DNA of 61,697 nucleotides from Marinospirillum sp. (GTDB lineage: Bacteria > Pseudomonadota > Gammaproteobacteria > Pseudomonadales > Halomonadaceae), in the NCBI RefSeq assembly GCF_007119985.1, contig NZ_SKOQ01000063.1; one strand, given 5' to 3'. Below, piece by piece: positions 18,790-31,996 of the stretch. Position 1 is the stretch's first letter; each line of letters begins with the position of its first letter. The position numbers and the translations under genes are program-made. The notes under the pieces are model-generated. The model saw only the letters and a list, made by a program, of their open reading frames with translations, had not been told where the DNA came from and searched no databases.

Positions 18790-20418
18790 ATGAAGAAGAT
18801 GAATAAATTACTGCTGTTGAGTGGCTTGATTTTGCTGCTTGCACTGGGCTTATTATTGGTCACTGAAGGGTGGTGGTTGGTACTGAGTAGTGTGTTGATT
18901 CTCAGTGCTTTTGTGCTGAGCCATTTTGCCCGTCCTGCGCAAGCCGTTACGGATGATGTTTATCAGCAGGTGTTGAAAGCAGGTGCGGCCGAATTGGAGA
19001 GCGTGCGCCCGGCGTCCTCGGCTCCTGCCGCTTTACTCGATTATTGGGCGCTGAAGAAGATGGCTGTACGCTTGGCTGAGCGTGCCAGTGCCACAGCCAT
19101 TTCGACCGCTGAAGTCTCCCATCATGCGGATCGTCTTGATCAGGGTTTTCAAAAGCAAGGACATGCGGCCTCCAATGTCAATCAGGCCGCAGGCTCTATT
19201 GCTGTTGCGATTGAGCAGGTTTCTCAGCATGCAGGTGCTGTTGCCGAAAAAGCGGCGCAGGCCAAAGAAGAAAGCGTGGCCAGCCGTGATGCGCTGCAGC
19301 GCCTACAAAGCGAAATGCATGCTCTGGCCGGAGAGTCAGAACAGTCATTGGGCCTAATTCAAGTCTTGGATGAAAAAAGCCGCAGCATCCAGCAGGTGAC
19401 GCAAGTTATCGAAGGGATCGCTGAGCAAACAAATCTGCTTGCTTTAAACGCAGCAATCGAGGCCGCGCGGGCAGGAGAGCAAGGACGAGGTTTTGCGGTT
19501 GTGGCCGATGAAGTGCGCAATCTAGCCGCACGCACGGCAGACTCAACGCGCCAAGTGGAGCAGATGATCGATGAAATACAGCAAAGTACAGAGGAGGTTG
19601 TGGCGCAGATTGGCGCGGTGATGGAGCAGGTGGCGCAAGGTGTCGGCGCGGTGGATGGGGTTGGGCAGCGCTTAGAAGTCATGGGCCAGCAGTTTGATGA
19701 GGTAGAGCAGCAGATCCAGCAGATCGCTGCTGCAGTCAGCTCAAGTCATCAGCATATGCAGCAGGTGAGTGAGGATTTGGCAGGTTTGGATCAACAGGCA
19801 GTCGATGGGCAGGGCTCTATGCATCAATTAGCTCAGTTGGCTCAGCAGTTGATGCTGGCTGCAGAGCAGATGAATGGTGAGCTGGCGATGCAGAAGATCG
19901 ATTCTGCACATCAGCAAGCCTATGCTTTAGCGCGGCGTGCGGCTGATCAAATCACGGCGCTTTTTGAGCAGGCGATCAGTGAAGGCCAGTTGAGTCGACA
20001 AGATCTCTTTGAGCCCCGCTATCAGCCCATTCAGGGGACACAGCCACAAAAATACACCACCGCATTTGATGCGTTTACGGATCGCCATCTGCCGCAGATT
20101 CAAGAACCTCTGCGCAAAGCTTTCCCATCTGGTTTCTACTATGCCATCACTTTTGATCGGCGTGGCTATGTGCCGACTCATAATCAAGAATACGCCCATC
20201 CGCCAACGGGGGACCAGCAGGTAGATCTGATTAAAAGTCGCAGCAAGCGTATTTTTTCTGATCCAACAGGGCAGCGCGGGGCTAAAAACACCCAGCCGTT
20301 ACTTGTGCAAACCTACAAGCGAGACACGGGTGAAGTGATTCATGATCTCTCGGTGCCAATTAACTTGCAGGGTCAGCATTGGGGTGGTTTTCGGGTTGGC
20401 TATCGCACTGGGCGCTAG
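18790..20418 (+). CDS. Methyl-accepting chemotaxis protein with C-terminal extra domain
   Basis: [34 protein letters not shown]; two adjacent N-terminal TMs. Confidence 0.93.
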   Translation: MKKMNKLLLLSGLILLLALGLLLVTEGWWLVLSSVLILSAFVLSHFARPAQAVTDDVYQQVLKAGAAELESVRPASSAPAALLDYWALKKMAVRLAERASATAISTAEVSHHADRLDQGFQKQGHAASNVNQAAGSIAVAIEQVSQHAGAVAEKAAQAKEESVASRDALQRLQSEMHALAGESEQSLGLIQVLDEKSRSIQQVTQVIEGIAEQTNLLALNAAIEAARAGEQGRGFAVVADEVRNLAARTADSTRQVEQMIDEIQQSTEEVVAQIGAVMEQVAQGVGAVDGVGQRLEVMGQQFDEVEQQIQQIAAAVSSSHQHMQQVSEDLAGLDQQAVDGQGSMHQLAQLAQQLMLAAEQMNGELAMQKIDSAHQQAYALARRAADQITALFEQAISEGQLSRQDLFEPRYQPIQGTQPQKYTTAFDAFTDRHLPQIQEPLRKAFPSGFYYAITFDRRGYVPTHNQEYAHPPTGDQQVDLIKSRSKRIFSDPTGQRGAKNTQPLLVQTYKRDTGEVIHDLSVPINLQGQHWGGFRVGYRTGR

Positions 20419-20447
20419 GCTTTAAAAAAGAAGGATCGGGAAGGGAG

Positions 20448-20477
20448 ACCAATCTGCTCCCTAAGAAGCAGATTGGT
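20448..20477. terminator. Hairpin between convergent MCP and gdhA
   Basis: ACCAATCTGCT..AGCAGATTGGT 11-bp stem; weak U-tract. Confidence 0.55.
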
Positions 20478-20488
20478 AAAAGAGCAGG

Positions 20489-21862
<1,374 letters not shown>

Positions 21863-21893
21863 CTAATGAAAAAGAAGGAGTGTTCTTTTTACA

Positions 21894-21910
21894 GGCAGTG
21901 AGCTTGCCAA
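21894..21910 (-). promoter_or_regulatory. Candidate sigma54 (-24/-12) promoter for gdhA
   Basis: Minus strand TTGGCAAGCTCACTGCC = GG-N10-GC. Confidence 0.4.
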
Positions 21911-22015
21911 GCGGCCGAGTTCTTGTGCTCGTTATGGCCATCTTGGTAATCAACTTGACTGCTGCGTGGATCAAGGTTGTGACGGCAGGCCAAAAAAAAG
22001 GCCCCTGAAAAAAGG

Positions 22016-22073
22016 TGCCTTAATATAGCGCAAGCTTATGCTATGCGTCTAGGGTATGCTCTATGCTGGTGCG
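22016..22073. promoter_or_regulatory. Two NtrC-like boxes upstream of gdhA
   Basis: TGCTCTATGCTGGTGCG (22057-22073) and weaker TGCCTTAATATAGCGCA (22016-22032) vs TGCACCAnnnTGGTGCA. Confidence 0.45.
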
Positions 22074-22080
22074 GCATGAC

Positions 22081-23151
22081 CTAGCGGTCAGGCTGGATGA
22101 TTTGGGTTATTGTTTTTATAAGCTGCTGATTTTGTTCTTTATTTCCTATAGTGATGCGCAGGAACTGATCGATCTGAGGATGCTTAAAATGGCGCACTAG
22201 GATCGCATTCTGGCGCAGTTGATCGGCTAAATCTGCTGCACAATGGTGCGAATGGCGCGCAAAAACAAAGTTTGCTTTGGAGGGTAAGACCTCAAAACCC
22301 AGTAGAGTGAGGTCTTGGCTCAGCTGCTCACGACTCGCGATGATTTTCTGATTTAAAGCTTGATAATAGGGCAGGTCCTCCAGTGCGGCCTGGGCGCCGA
22401 CCAGCGCGAGGCGATCGAGTGGATAGGAGTTAAAGCTATCCTTGACGCGGTTCAGAGCTTCGATCAAATCAGGGTGGCCGAAGGCAAAGCCGACTCGCAA
22501 ACCCGCTAAGGCCCAAGACTTAGAAAAGGTTTGTGTCACCAGTAGATTGGGGAAGCGATTGACTAAAGACTGGGCGGATTCCGTACCAAAATCGACATAA
22601 GCTTCATCAATGATGACCACTGAGTCGCGATTCTGCTCTAAAAGCGCAATAATGGCGGCCTGTGAGAGAGCGATGCCTGTTGGTGCGTTGGGGTTAGGGA
22701 AGATAATGCCGCCGTTTGGTTGCTGATAATCGGCCAGTGGCAGCGTGAAATCAGCCTTGAGTGGCAGCATCTTATAGTCAACTTGATAAAGTTGGCAGTA
22801 AACAGGATAGAAGCTATAGGTGATTTCAGGGAAGAGCAATGGGTGGGCTTGGCCTTGAAAAAAGGCTTGAAAAGCCATCGCCAAGACTTCATCTGAGCCA
22901 TTGCCAACAAAAACCTGCTCGGGGTTAAGATCAGCATATTTTGCCAGTGCTGATTTTAACGCCATCGCCTGTGGATCTGGATAGAGACGCAGGCTCTCGT
23001 TATTGGCTGCGGCAATGGCTTCCATCACACGAGGCGAAGGCCCATAGGGGCTTTCGTTGGTGTTGAGTTTTATCAAATTGGGAATACGGGGCTGCTCGCC
23101 TGGAATATAGGGTGACAGCTGTTGAACCTGGGGGCTCCAGTAACGACTCAT
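22081..23151 (-). CDS. hisC: Histidinol-phosphate aminotransferase
   Basis: KLNTNE, GNGSDE, NPNAPTG, DEAY, TFSK...LAGLRVG. Confidence 0.93.
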   Translation of the reverse strand: MSRYWSPQVQQLSPYIPGEQPRIPNLIKLNTNESPYGPSPRVMEAIAAANNESLRLYPDPQAMALKSALAKYADLNPEQVFVGNGSDEVLAMAFQAFFQGQAHPLLFPEITYSFYPVYCQLYQVDYKMLPLKADFTLPLADYQQPNGGIIFPNPNAPTGIALSQAAIIALLEQNRDSVVIIDEAYVDFGTESAQSLVNRFPNLLVTQTFSKSWALAGLRVGFAFGHPDLIEALNRVKDSFNSYPLDRLALVGAQAALEDLPYYQALNQKIIASREQLSQDLTLLGFEVLPSKANFVFARHSHHCAADLADQLRQNAILVRHFKHPQIDQFLRITIGNKEQNQQLIKTITQIIQPDR

Positions 23152-23199
23152 GGTGTTCCTGCCTTATCAAGATCAAGATAAAAGAGAAGATTACACACG

Positions 23200-23910
23200 A
23201 TGCGCCAGAAAACTCAACGCTTAGATAAATTTATTAGCCATACGACGGGCTTAACGCGCGGTCAAGTGAAGCAACAGCTCGCACTGGGAGAGGTGACGGT
23301 CAACGGGCTGCCGGTGAAGCAAGCATCAATGGGCGTCAGTGCTGAGGACCAAGTTTGCTGGCAAGGAGAGCGGCTAGAGGAAGTTGGACTGCGCTATTTG
23401 TTGCTCAATAAGCCGTTGGGCTATGAGTGTTCGCGCAAGAGCAGCCATCATCCTCTGGTCTTTGATTTGATCGATCTTCCTCTGGTGGATCGTATCCAGC
23501 CGGTCGGTCGTCTTGATGTAGAGACAACAGGACTCTTGCTGCTGACGGATGATGGACAGTGGGCGCACCGCTTGACCTCACCAAGGCATAAAAAGAAAAA
23601 AATCTACCGAGCTGAGCTGGCTGAGCCCTTGTGTCCAGAGGCAGAAGCCAGATTAGCTGAAGGTTTGCTGCTAGAAGGCGAAGAAAAACCGACACTGCCT
23701 GCTGAGTTAGAACGCCTGAGTCCAACTTCTGTCAAGCTGGGCTTAACGGAGGGGCGTTATCATCAAGTGCGGCGTATGTTTGCCGCACTGGGTAATCATG
23801 TGGTGAGCTTGCACCGTGAATCGATTGGTGATCTGGTACTGGAGAGCGAGAGTTGCCCGGAAGGAACATGGCGACATTTAACAGCACAAGAGATACAGAT
23901 CCTGACTTAA
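23200..23910 (+). CDS. rsuA: 16S rRNA pseudouridine synthase, RsuA family
   Basis: S4 domain RLDKFI, VGRLDVETTGLLLLTDDGQW, EGRYHQVRRMFAA. Confidence 0.88.
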   Translation: MRQKTQRLDKFISHTTGLTRGQVKQQLALGEVTVNGLPVKQASMGVSAEDQVCWQGERLEEVGLRYLLLNKPLGYECSRKSSHHPLVFDLIDLPLVDRIQPVGRLDVETTGLLLLTDDGQWAHRLTSPRHKKKKIYRAELAEPLCPEAEARLAEGLLLEGEEKPTLPAELERLSPTSVKLGLTEGRYHQVRRMFAALGNHVVSLHRESIGDLVLESESCPEGTWRHLTAQEIQILT

Positions 23911-24003
23911 AAGCCAAGGTTTTTGGATGAGGGCTGGTTATACTCAACGCGAGTGTCTTGTGCGAATATAAGGCAGCCATCAAGAAGATCAGAAGGATAG
24001 AAA

Positions 24004-24348
24004 ATGAAAAATCGTCTCCTTATCGAACTGGATAACCTGCGTCGTGGTGTGAACCGCTCGATTATCAACCCTTTGGTGCCTGAGTTATCGATGGAGTCTC
24101 TGACGCCCTTGCTCACTATGGTCGCTCAGGCGCGTGCAGAGTATGTGCAGGCGGTGCTGAACTTGGCCGATCAGCAGCAAGGGCAGGCGCCCAGTGTTGA
24201 GCAGATTGATGCACTCAAAAGTAAGCGGGTGGTTTTTGAAGAGCTAGTCAGCGCCGTGAATGCACTTGAAACCGTGATTCAGCGCGAATATATGGATGTC
24301 AAAACCACGCGCAGCGCCTCGAAAACACGGGCGGAAGACCCATCTTGA
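24004..24348 (+). CDS. Hypothetical helical protein
   Basis: 114-aa ORF with AAGGA before ATG, fills the gap before fabD. Confidence 0.7.
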   Translation: MKNRLLIELDNLRRGVNRSIINPLVPELSMESLTPLLTMVAQARAEYVQAVLNLADQQQGQAPSVEQIDALKSKRVVFEELVSAVNALETVIQREYMDVKTTRSASKTRAEDPS

Positions 24349-24476
24349 TACTAGGTTTTCAAACTGGTGTTTGAGTTTTACTGTTCTTTTTCTCAGTAAA
24401 AGCATGGTCTTCTGCTGCCGCTATGCTAGAATGCGCGCCCATAAAAACCAGCTAAAGAAAGACAACAAGGTGATTT

Positions 24477-25424
24477 ATGGCTTCTAATTTAGCCTTTGTT
24501 TTCCCAGGTCAGGGCTCCCAACAGTTGGGGATGCTGGCTGAACTGGCCGAGCGCTATGCGGTCGTCCGTGCAACCTTTGAAGAGGCATCGGGCGTGCTGG
24601 GCTACGATATGTGGCAGCTTGTCCAAGAAGGCCCCATCGAGCAGCTCAACCAAACAGACAAGACACAGCCAGCTCTGTTGGCCGCTAGCGTCGCTATTTG
24701 GCGAGTTTGGAAGGAGTTGGAAGGCGCGCCGCCCGCCTGGTTGGCTGGGCATAGTCTGGGCGAATATTCCGCGCTGGTGTGTAGCGGCGCACTCGATTTT
24801 GCCGACGGTTTGCGCTTAGTGCGCAAGCGTGGTGAATTGATGCAGGCGGCTGTACCCCAGGGTAAAGGTGCGATGGCCGCGATTCTTGGCTTGGGTGCTG
24901 AAGAAATAGAGCAGGCTTGTGCCGCTGCAGCGCAGGGTGAAGTTGTTCAGCCGGTCAACTACAATGCGCCGGGTCAGATCGTGATCGCGGGTAGTGTTGC
25001 AGCTGTAGAACGTGCGATGGCGGCCTGTCAGGCTGCTGGGGCGCGTAAGGCGATGCCGCTGCCTGTGAGCGTGCCTTCTCACTGTGAGTTGATGCGCCCA
25101 GCCGCAGAAGAGTTGGCCGCTGAATTGGCTCGTATTCAGCTGAACAAGCCGCGTGTTCCAGTGGTGCAAAACGTACACGCCCAGCCTGAATCAGATGTGA
25201 ATGTGATTCGTGCGCACCTGGTTGAGCAGCTCTTCCGTCCTGTACGCTGGATAGAGTGTATTGAATATATGGCCGAGCAGGGCGTCGACACTTATATTGA
25301 GTGCGGTCCGGGTAAGGTGTTGATCGGCTTAAACAAGCGCATTGTTAAGAATGCAAAATCCTTAGCGGTCAATGATCCTGACTCAGTGATGTCAGCGCTC
25401 GACCTGTTCCGTGCCGAAGCCTAA
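24477..25424 (+). CDS. fabD: Malonyl-CoA-ACP transacylase
   Basis: FPGQGSQ, GHSLGEYS, SVPSH. Confidence 0.97.
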   Translation: MASNLAFVFPGQGSQQLGMLAELAERYAVVRATFEEASGVLGYDMWQLVQEGPIEQLNQTDKTQPALLAASVAIWRVWKELEGAPPAWLAGHSLGEYSALVCSGALDFADGLRLVRKRGELMQAAVPQGKGAMAAILGLGAEEIEQACAAAAQGEVVQPVNYNAPGQIVIAGSVAAVERAMAACQAAGARKAMPLPVSVPSHCELMRPAAEELAAELARIQLNKPRVPVVQNVHAQPESDVNVIRAHLVEQLFRPVRWIECIEYMAEQGVDTYIECGPGKVLIGLNKRIVKNAKSLAVNDPDSVMSALDLFRAEA

Positions 25425-25436
25425 AAGGAAGCTGTG

Positions 25437-26201
25437 ATGACTTCTTCATTGATGCAACAGAATTTGGAAGGGCGTGTAGCCCTGATTACTGGGGCCAGCC
25501 GAGGTATTGGCCGAGCGATCGCTTTACAGCTGGCCGCGATGGGCGCCACTGTCATTGGTACGGCCACCAGTGCATCGGGCGCGCAAGCCATTAGTGAAGG
25601 CTTCCAGCAGGCTGGCGTGCAGGGTGAGGGCTGGGTTCTTAATGTCACGGATGCCGATTCGATTGATCAGCTGATGAAGGCTGTGACAGAAAAGTATGGC
25701 GCTCCGTTAATTTTGGTGAATAATGCCGGCATCACAAAAGATAATTTGATGCTGCGCATGAAAGAAACGGAATGGGATGAGGTGATGGACACCAACCTCA
25801 AATCTGTTTTCCGGATGACCAAAGCCTGCTTGAAAGGCATGACCAAGGCGCGCTGGGGTCGGATTATTAATATCAGCTCCGTCGTCGCGACCATGGGTAA
25901 TGCGGGTCAGGCTAACTATGCTGCTGCTAAGGCGGGTATGGAAGGCATGACGCGTTCTTTGGCGCGTGAACTTGGTGCGCGAAATATTACTGTCAATGCT
26001 GTTGCCCCTGGCTTTATTGCAACAGATATGACTGAGGTGTTGCCGGAGGAGCAAAAGGCTTTTCTGGCACAACAGATCCCGCTTTCACGTCTTGGACAAC
26101 CAGAAGAAATTGCCGCAGCCGTTGGCTTCTTAGCTAGTGTGCAAGCTGGATACATTACTGGTGAAACCCTGCATGTGAATGGCGGTATGAACATGCGTTA
26201 A
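25437..26201 (+). CDS. fabG: 3-oxoacyl-ACP reductase
   Basis: TGASRGIG, NNAGIT, YAAAK; fab context. Confidence 0.97.
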   Translation: MTSSLMQQNLEGRVALITGASRGIGRAIALQLAAMGATVIGTATSASGAQAISEGFQQAGVQGEGWVLNVTDADSIDQLMKAVTEKYGAPLILVNNAGITKDNLMLRMKETEWDEVMDTNLKSVFRMTKACLKGMTKARWGRIINISSVVATMGNAGQANYAAAKAGMEGMTRSLARELGARNITVNAVAPGFIATDMTEVLPEEQKAFLAQQIPLSRLGQPEEIAAAVGFLASVQAGYITGETLHVNGGMNMR

Positions 26202-26245
26202 TGCTGTTTCTTCGAAGCTGAGTCGAGGGTTGGCTTTTAAGTCAG

Positions 26246-26312
26246 TGATTTAACAAGTTAAATCAGTGGTTTGAATTTTTACCTTGCATGACTGAGTTTC
26301 GGTTTATAAACT
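26246..26312 (+). promoter_or_regulatory. Probable acpP sigma70 promoter with upstream palindrome
   Basis: TTGCAT(26284)-N17-TAAACT(26307); TGATTTAAC-aa-GTTAAATCA at 26246-26265. Confidence 0.55.
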
Positions 26313-26372
26313 AGCCTGCAAATCATCAAGTGCACTGCACGGCAAGAGTCTAATCAGGAGTAATAAAACGTT

Positions 26373-26606
26373 ATGAGTACCATCGAAGAGCGCGTAAAAA
26401 AGATTGTCGCCGAACAACTGGGTGTGAAAGAAGAGGAAATTCAGAACTCTTCCTCGTTCGTTGAGGATCTGGGCGCTGATTCTCTGGACACTGTTGAACT
26501 GGTCATGGCTCTGGAAGAAGAGTTTGAGACAGAGATTCCTGACGAAGAAGCTGAAAAAATCACGACTGTACAAGAAGCGATTAACTACGTTAACGCGCAT
26601 CAGTAA
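26373..26606 (+). CDS. acpP: Acyl carrier protein
   Basis: [20 protein letters not shown]. Confidence 0.99.
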   Translation: MSTIEERVKKIVAEQLGVKEEEIQNSSSFVEDLGADSLDTVELVMALEEEFETEIPDEEAEKITTVQEAINYVNAHQ

Positions 26607-26648
26607 GACGTGATGGGTTGGGTGCATTGGCCCAGCCCGCCGAGCATG

Positions 26649-26684
26649 AAGCCGCTTCACCTCAAACAGGTGCAGCGGTTTTTT
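26649..26684 (+). terminator. Terminator after acpP
   Basis: AAGCCGCTTCACCT..AGGTGCAGCGGTTTTTT. Confidence 0.7.
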
Positions 26685-26789
26685 ATTATTTAAGCTATAA
26701 TCGCGCCAATTTTTTGAGCCCCGCTGCGTGTGCGAGGCAAAATTGGATAGGGTTGAATGGTCAGCTCGACCTAAGTGTGGAGAAGAGGC

Positions 26790-28028
26790 ATGTCTCGAAG
26801 AAGAGTTGTGGTAACGGGGATGGGGTTAGTCACTCCGCTGGGTAATACACTCACTGAATCCTGGGAAGCTATTCTTGCTGGTCGCAGTGGCATGTCCCTG
26901 ATCGAGAAGTTTGATGTCAGCGCTTTTAGTACGCGTTTTGCCGCTGAAGTGAAGAATTTCAATGTTGAAGACTACATGCCAGCTAAAGATGCACGCAAAA
27001 TGGATACCTTTATCCAGTATGGTATGGCTGCCGCGATTCAAGCGATTGAAGATGCGGGCCTAGAAACCACTGAAGCCAATGCTGAGCGTATCGGCTGTGC
27101 GCTGGGTTCAGGTATCGGCGGTTTGCAAATGATCGAAAAAAGTCACGAGTCTTTGCTGAAAAGTGGCCCGCGCAAGGTCTCTCCTTTCTTTGTGCCTGGT
27201 TCGATCATCAATATGATTTCTGGCAACCTGGCTATTCGCTATGGCTATCGTGGCCCGAATATCGCCATTACGACGGCCTGTACTACGGGCACCCATAATA
27301 TTGGTTACTCTGCCCGTACCATTGCTTATGGCGATGCGGATGTGATGATTTGTGGTGGTGCAGAAGCGGCGAGCACTCCGCTGGGTCTCGGTGGTTTTGC
27401 CGCAGCGCGCGCCTTGTCCACACGCAACGATGATCCACAAGCGGCTAGCCGTCCTTGGGATAAAGACCGTGATGGTTTTGTACTGGGTGATGGTGCCGGT
27501 GTTTTGGTTTTGGAAGAGTATGAGCATGCCAAGGCCCGTGGTGCGCGGATTTATGCAGAGTTGACTGGTTTTGGTATGAGTGATGATGCTTATCACATGA
27601 CTTCACCACCTGAGGATGGTCGTGGTGCGGCGGCGGCGATGCAGCACGCTTTACGTGATGCTGGACTCAATCCAGATCAGATTGATTATATCAACGCACA
27701 TGGTACCTCGACGCCAGCGGGTGATATCGCTGAAAGCTTGGCGATTGAAAAAACCCTGGGGTCAGCAGCTAGCCAGGTGGCCGTGAGCTCGACTAAGTCG
27801 ATGATTGGTCACCTGTTGGGCGCGGCGGGTGCTGTTGAAGCGGTCTTTTGTATTCTGGCTATGCGTGATCAGGTGGCGCCACCAACGATCAACCTCGATC
27901 AGCCAGAAGAAGGTTGCCGTTTAGACTATGTGCCGCATCAAGCTCGTGCGATGAAAATCCAGCACACGCTGTCCAACTCCTTTGGGTTTGGTGGCACCAA
28001 TGGTAGCTTGATTTTCAGCCAAATCTAA
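26790..28028 (+). CDS. fabF: Beta-ketoacyl-ACP synthase II
   Basis: [31 protein letters not shown]. Confidence 0.97.
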   Translation: MSRRRVVVTGMGLVTPLGNTLTESWEAILAGRSGMSLIEKFDVSAFSTRFAAEVKNFNVEDYMPAKDARKMDTFIQYGMAAAIQAIEDAGLETTEANAERIGCALGSGIGGLQMIEKSHESLLKSGPRKVSPFFVPGSIINMISGNLAIRYGYRGPNIAITTACTTGTHNIGYSARTIAYGDADVMICGGAEAASTPLGLGGFAAARALSTRNDDPQAASRPWDKDRDGFVLGDGAGVLVLEEYEHAKARGARIYAELTGFGMSDDAYHMTSPPEDGRGAAAAMQHALRDAGLNPDQIDYINAHGTSTPAGDIAESLAIEKTLGSAASQVAVSSTKSMIGHLLGAAGAVEAVFCILAMRDQVAPPTINLDQPEEGCRLDYVPHQARAMKIQHTLSNSFGFGGTNGSLIFSQI

Positions 28029-28031
28029 GCC

Positions 28032-28892
28032 ATGTCTTTGCTGCTGCTGGATGGTCGCGCCCCTCTGCCGAGTGACCTTGATTGGTTACTGGCCAGTCGA
28101 GCCCTTGCTTTTGGCGAAGGCTTGTTTACCAGTGTGCGCCTTTGGCAGCAGCAACCTCTTTTTTGGCCCGATCACCTTCGCCGTTTGCAAAGAGGGATGC
28201 AGCGACTGGGTGTGATGTTCAGTCCAGCCATCTGGGAGGCTTTGGAGCAGGAAGTGCTGCAACTGGCCCAGCAGCAGGGTGAAGGCCGCTTGAAGGTCAT
28301 GTTGCTTGCTGGTCCAGGAGGGCAAGGCTATGCCCGTCAACAAGCAGACCTACCTTGGCATCGCTTGGTACATGCGCAACCTCTGCCGATCGATGCGACC
28401 TTATACCAAGGTCAGCCTGTTTGGTGGCTGGCTTGTCCCGCAGCAGGCCCACATTCAGAAACCAAGCATCTCAATCGCTTATCACAAGTTTTGGCGGCGG
28501 ATGCCTGCCCAGCACCTTACCGTGAAGCGCTTTTATACAGTGCTCAGGGTGATATCAAAGAGGGGATCGCACGCAACCTTTTTTGGCGATCTCAGGGATG
28601 TTGGTTTACCCCCTGTTTAGCGTCTGGCGCCCTCGCTGGTGTCATGCGCCAACAGTTGATCGGCTTTTTGGGCGAAAACCTGCGCGAAGTCAAAACCCAA
28701 CTTGTTGATCTGCAACAGGCTGACGAGGTGTTTTTGTGCAACAGTGTGCAAGGTCTCTGGCCTGTGACCCGTCTTGATCATGCTGGCGGTACGCTGGCCT
28801 CTTGGCCTCTTGGCCCTTCGACTCGCCAATTAATGGCTCATTTTCATGTTCAGATGGGCTTACCTCTCCCATCTTCAGTCTGCTCCTTGTGA
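28032..28892 (+). CDS. pabC: Aminodeoxychorismate lyase
   Basis: RALAFGEGLFTS, KHLNRL, FLCNSV; canonical position. Confidence 0.85.
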   Translation: MSLLLLDGRAPLPSDLDWLLASRALAFGEGLFTSVRLWQQQPLFWPDHLRRLQRGMQRLGVMFSPAIWEALEQEVLQLAQQQGEGRLKVMLLAGPGGQGYARQQADLPWHRLVHAQPLPIDATLYQGQPVWWLACPAAGPHSETKHLNRLSQVLAADACPAPYREALLYSAQGDIKEGIARNLFWRSQGCWFTPCLASGALAGVMRQQLIGFLGENLREVKTQLVDLQQADEVFLCNSVQGLWPVTRLDHAGGTLASWPLGPSTRQLMAHFHVQMGLPLPSSVCSL

Positions 28893-28899
28893 TCTTCTT

Positions 28900-30597
<1,698 letters not shown>

Positions 30598-30598
<1 letters not shown>

Positions 30599-31602
30599 TG
30601 TCGGCCTTGCATGTCGAGCAAAAGCCCGCCTTGCCACTGCCTTGGCACGCCACCATCTGGCAGCAGTGGCACCAACAGCTGTACGCCGATCGCCTGCCGC
30701 ATGCTCTGTTGATCAGCGGTGAGGCGGGTTTAGGCAAGCGGACACTCGCCCGCGCTTTGGCCCATTTTTTATTGTGTGAGCAGCCTCAAGGCCAGCATCC
30801 CTGTGGGCATTGTGCTGGCTGTCAGCTGCTCGAAAGTGGCTTTCATCCTGATTGGTATAATCTTCAGCCAGAGGCCGAAGGGAAGGCCATACGGATCGAT
30901 GCGATTCGTGATCTGACTCAGCGTTTACATCAGAGCGCGCAGAAGGGGGGCTATAAGGTCGTCCTGCTTTGGCCAGCGGAGGCGCTGAATCTTCATGCTG
31001 CCAATGCGCTTTTGAAAACATTAGAAGAGCCAGAGCCTGCAACCCTTTTTATTTTGGTCAGTGATCAGCCCTCGCGCCTGCCGGCAACGCTCAGAAGTCG
31101 CTGTCAGCATTGGGCTTTACCGATTCCGCGCCGAGAAGACATTCTGCCTTGGCTGAGTTGTCAGCTGAGTGCAGATCAACAGCCAGAGCAGCTGCTACGC
31201 GCCGCAGGTGGCCGACCTTTCGCAGCGCTGAAGCTTCTTGATACGAGTATTGAACAGCAGCGTATTGAGCTCGTGCGCTTGATGGAGCAGCTCACCTGCG
31301 GTGCTGATCCTTTAGAGTTGATCGCGCCCTTAAAAAAATTGGAGCTGCCTTGGGTGGTCAGCAGTCTCAATCGTTGGTGCGCTGAAACGCTGCGCCTGGT
31401 GATGGTGGGTGAGGCGGCGGTACAGGATACGCGACAAATGCCGCTTTATCAGCAGTGGGCGGATTGCTTTTCTCTACAGCAGTTATTGGCTGTACAACAA
31501 GAGTTGCAGCAACGCCAGCGCCATCTGCAGGGCCACCCAAACGAAGAGCTTTTTCTAGAAGGTCTGGTGATTACACTTCAGAGGGCATTGCACGATGAAT
31601 GA
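30598..31602 (+). CDS. holB: DNA polymerase III delta-prime
   Basis: CGHCAGC..HPD, AANALLKTLEEP, SRC. Confidence 0.95.
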
Positions 31603-31942
31603 AACATCTAAGCATCTTACGTTGACAATCAAGGATCTCCCCAGTCTCTATGCGGCTTATATGCCTTTTCTCAAGAATGGCGGCCTTTTTATCCCAACGG
31701 CCAGCTATTTTCATCCTGGGCAGATGATTTTTGTCAGCGTCCAGCTACCCGGCGAAGCCGAACCGCAACGCTACCATGGACGAGTGGCATGGCGTACACC
31801 TGTTGGTGCCCAAGGGCGAAGAACACCGGGCGTCGGGATTCATTTTGATCAGGTTGAAGATGGCGTGATTTCACCGCGTCAACAGATCGAAAAACTGCTT
31901 GGCGATCTGTTGCAAAGCGATAAACCCACCCAAACGATTTAA
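31595..31942 (+). CDS. pilZ: PilZ (type IV pilus PilZ-like)
   Basis: LYAAYMPFLKNGGLFIPT; follows holB. Confidence 0.92.
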   Translation: MNETSKHLTLTIKDLPSLYAAYMPFLKNGGLFIPTASYFHPGQMIFVSVQLPGEAEPQRYHGRVAWRTPVGAQGRRTPGVGIHFDQVEDGVISPRQQIEKLLGDLLQSDKPTQTI

Positions 31943-31996
31943 AGCCAGTCGCTGCTGTCTTACAAGGCAGACGGTGGCTTGCGAAGAGAGAAGACG

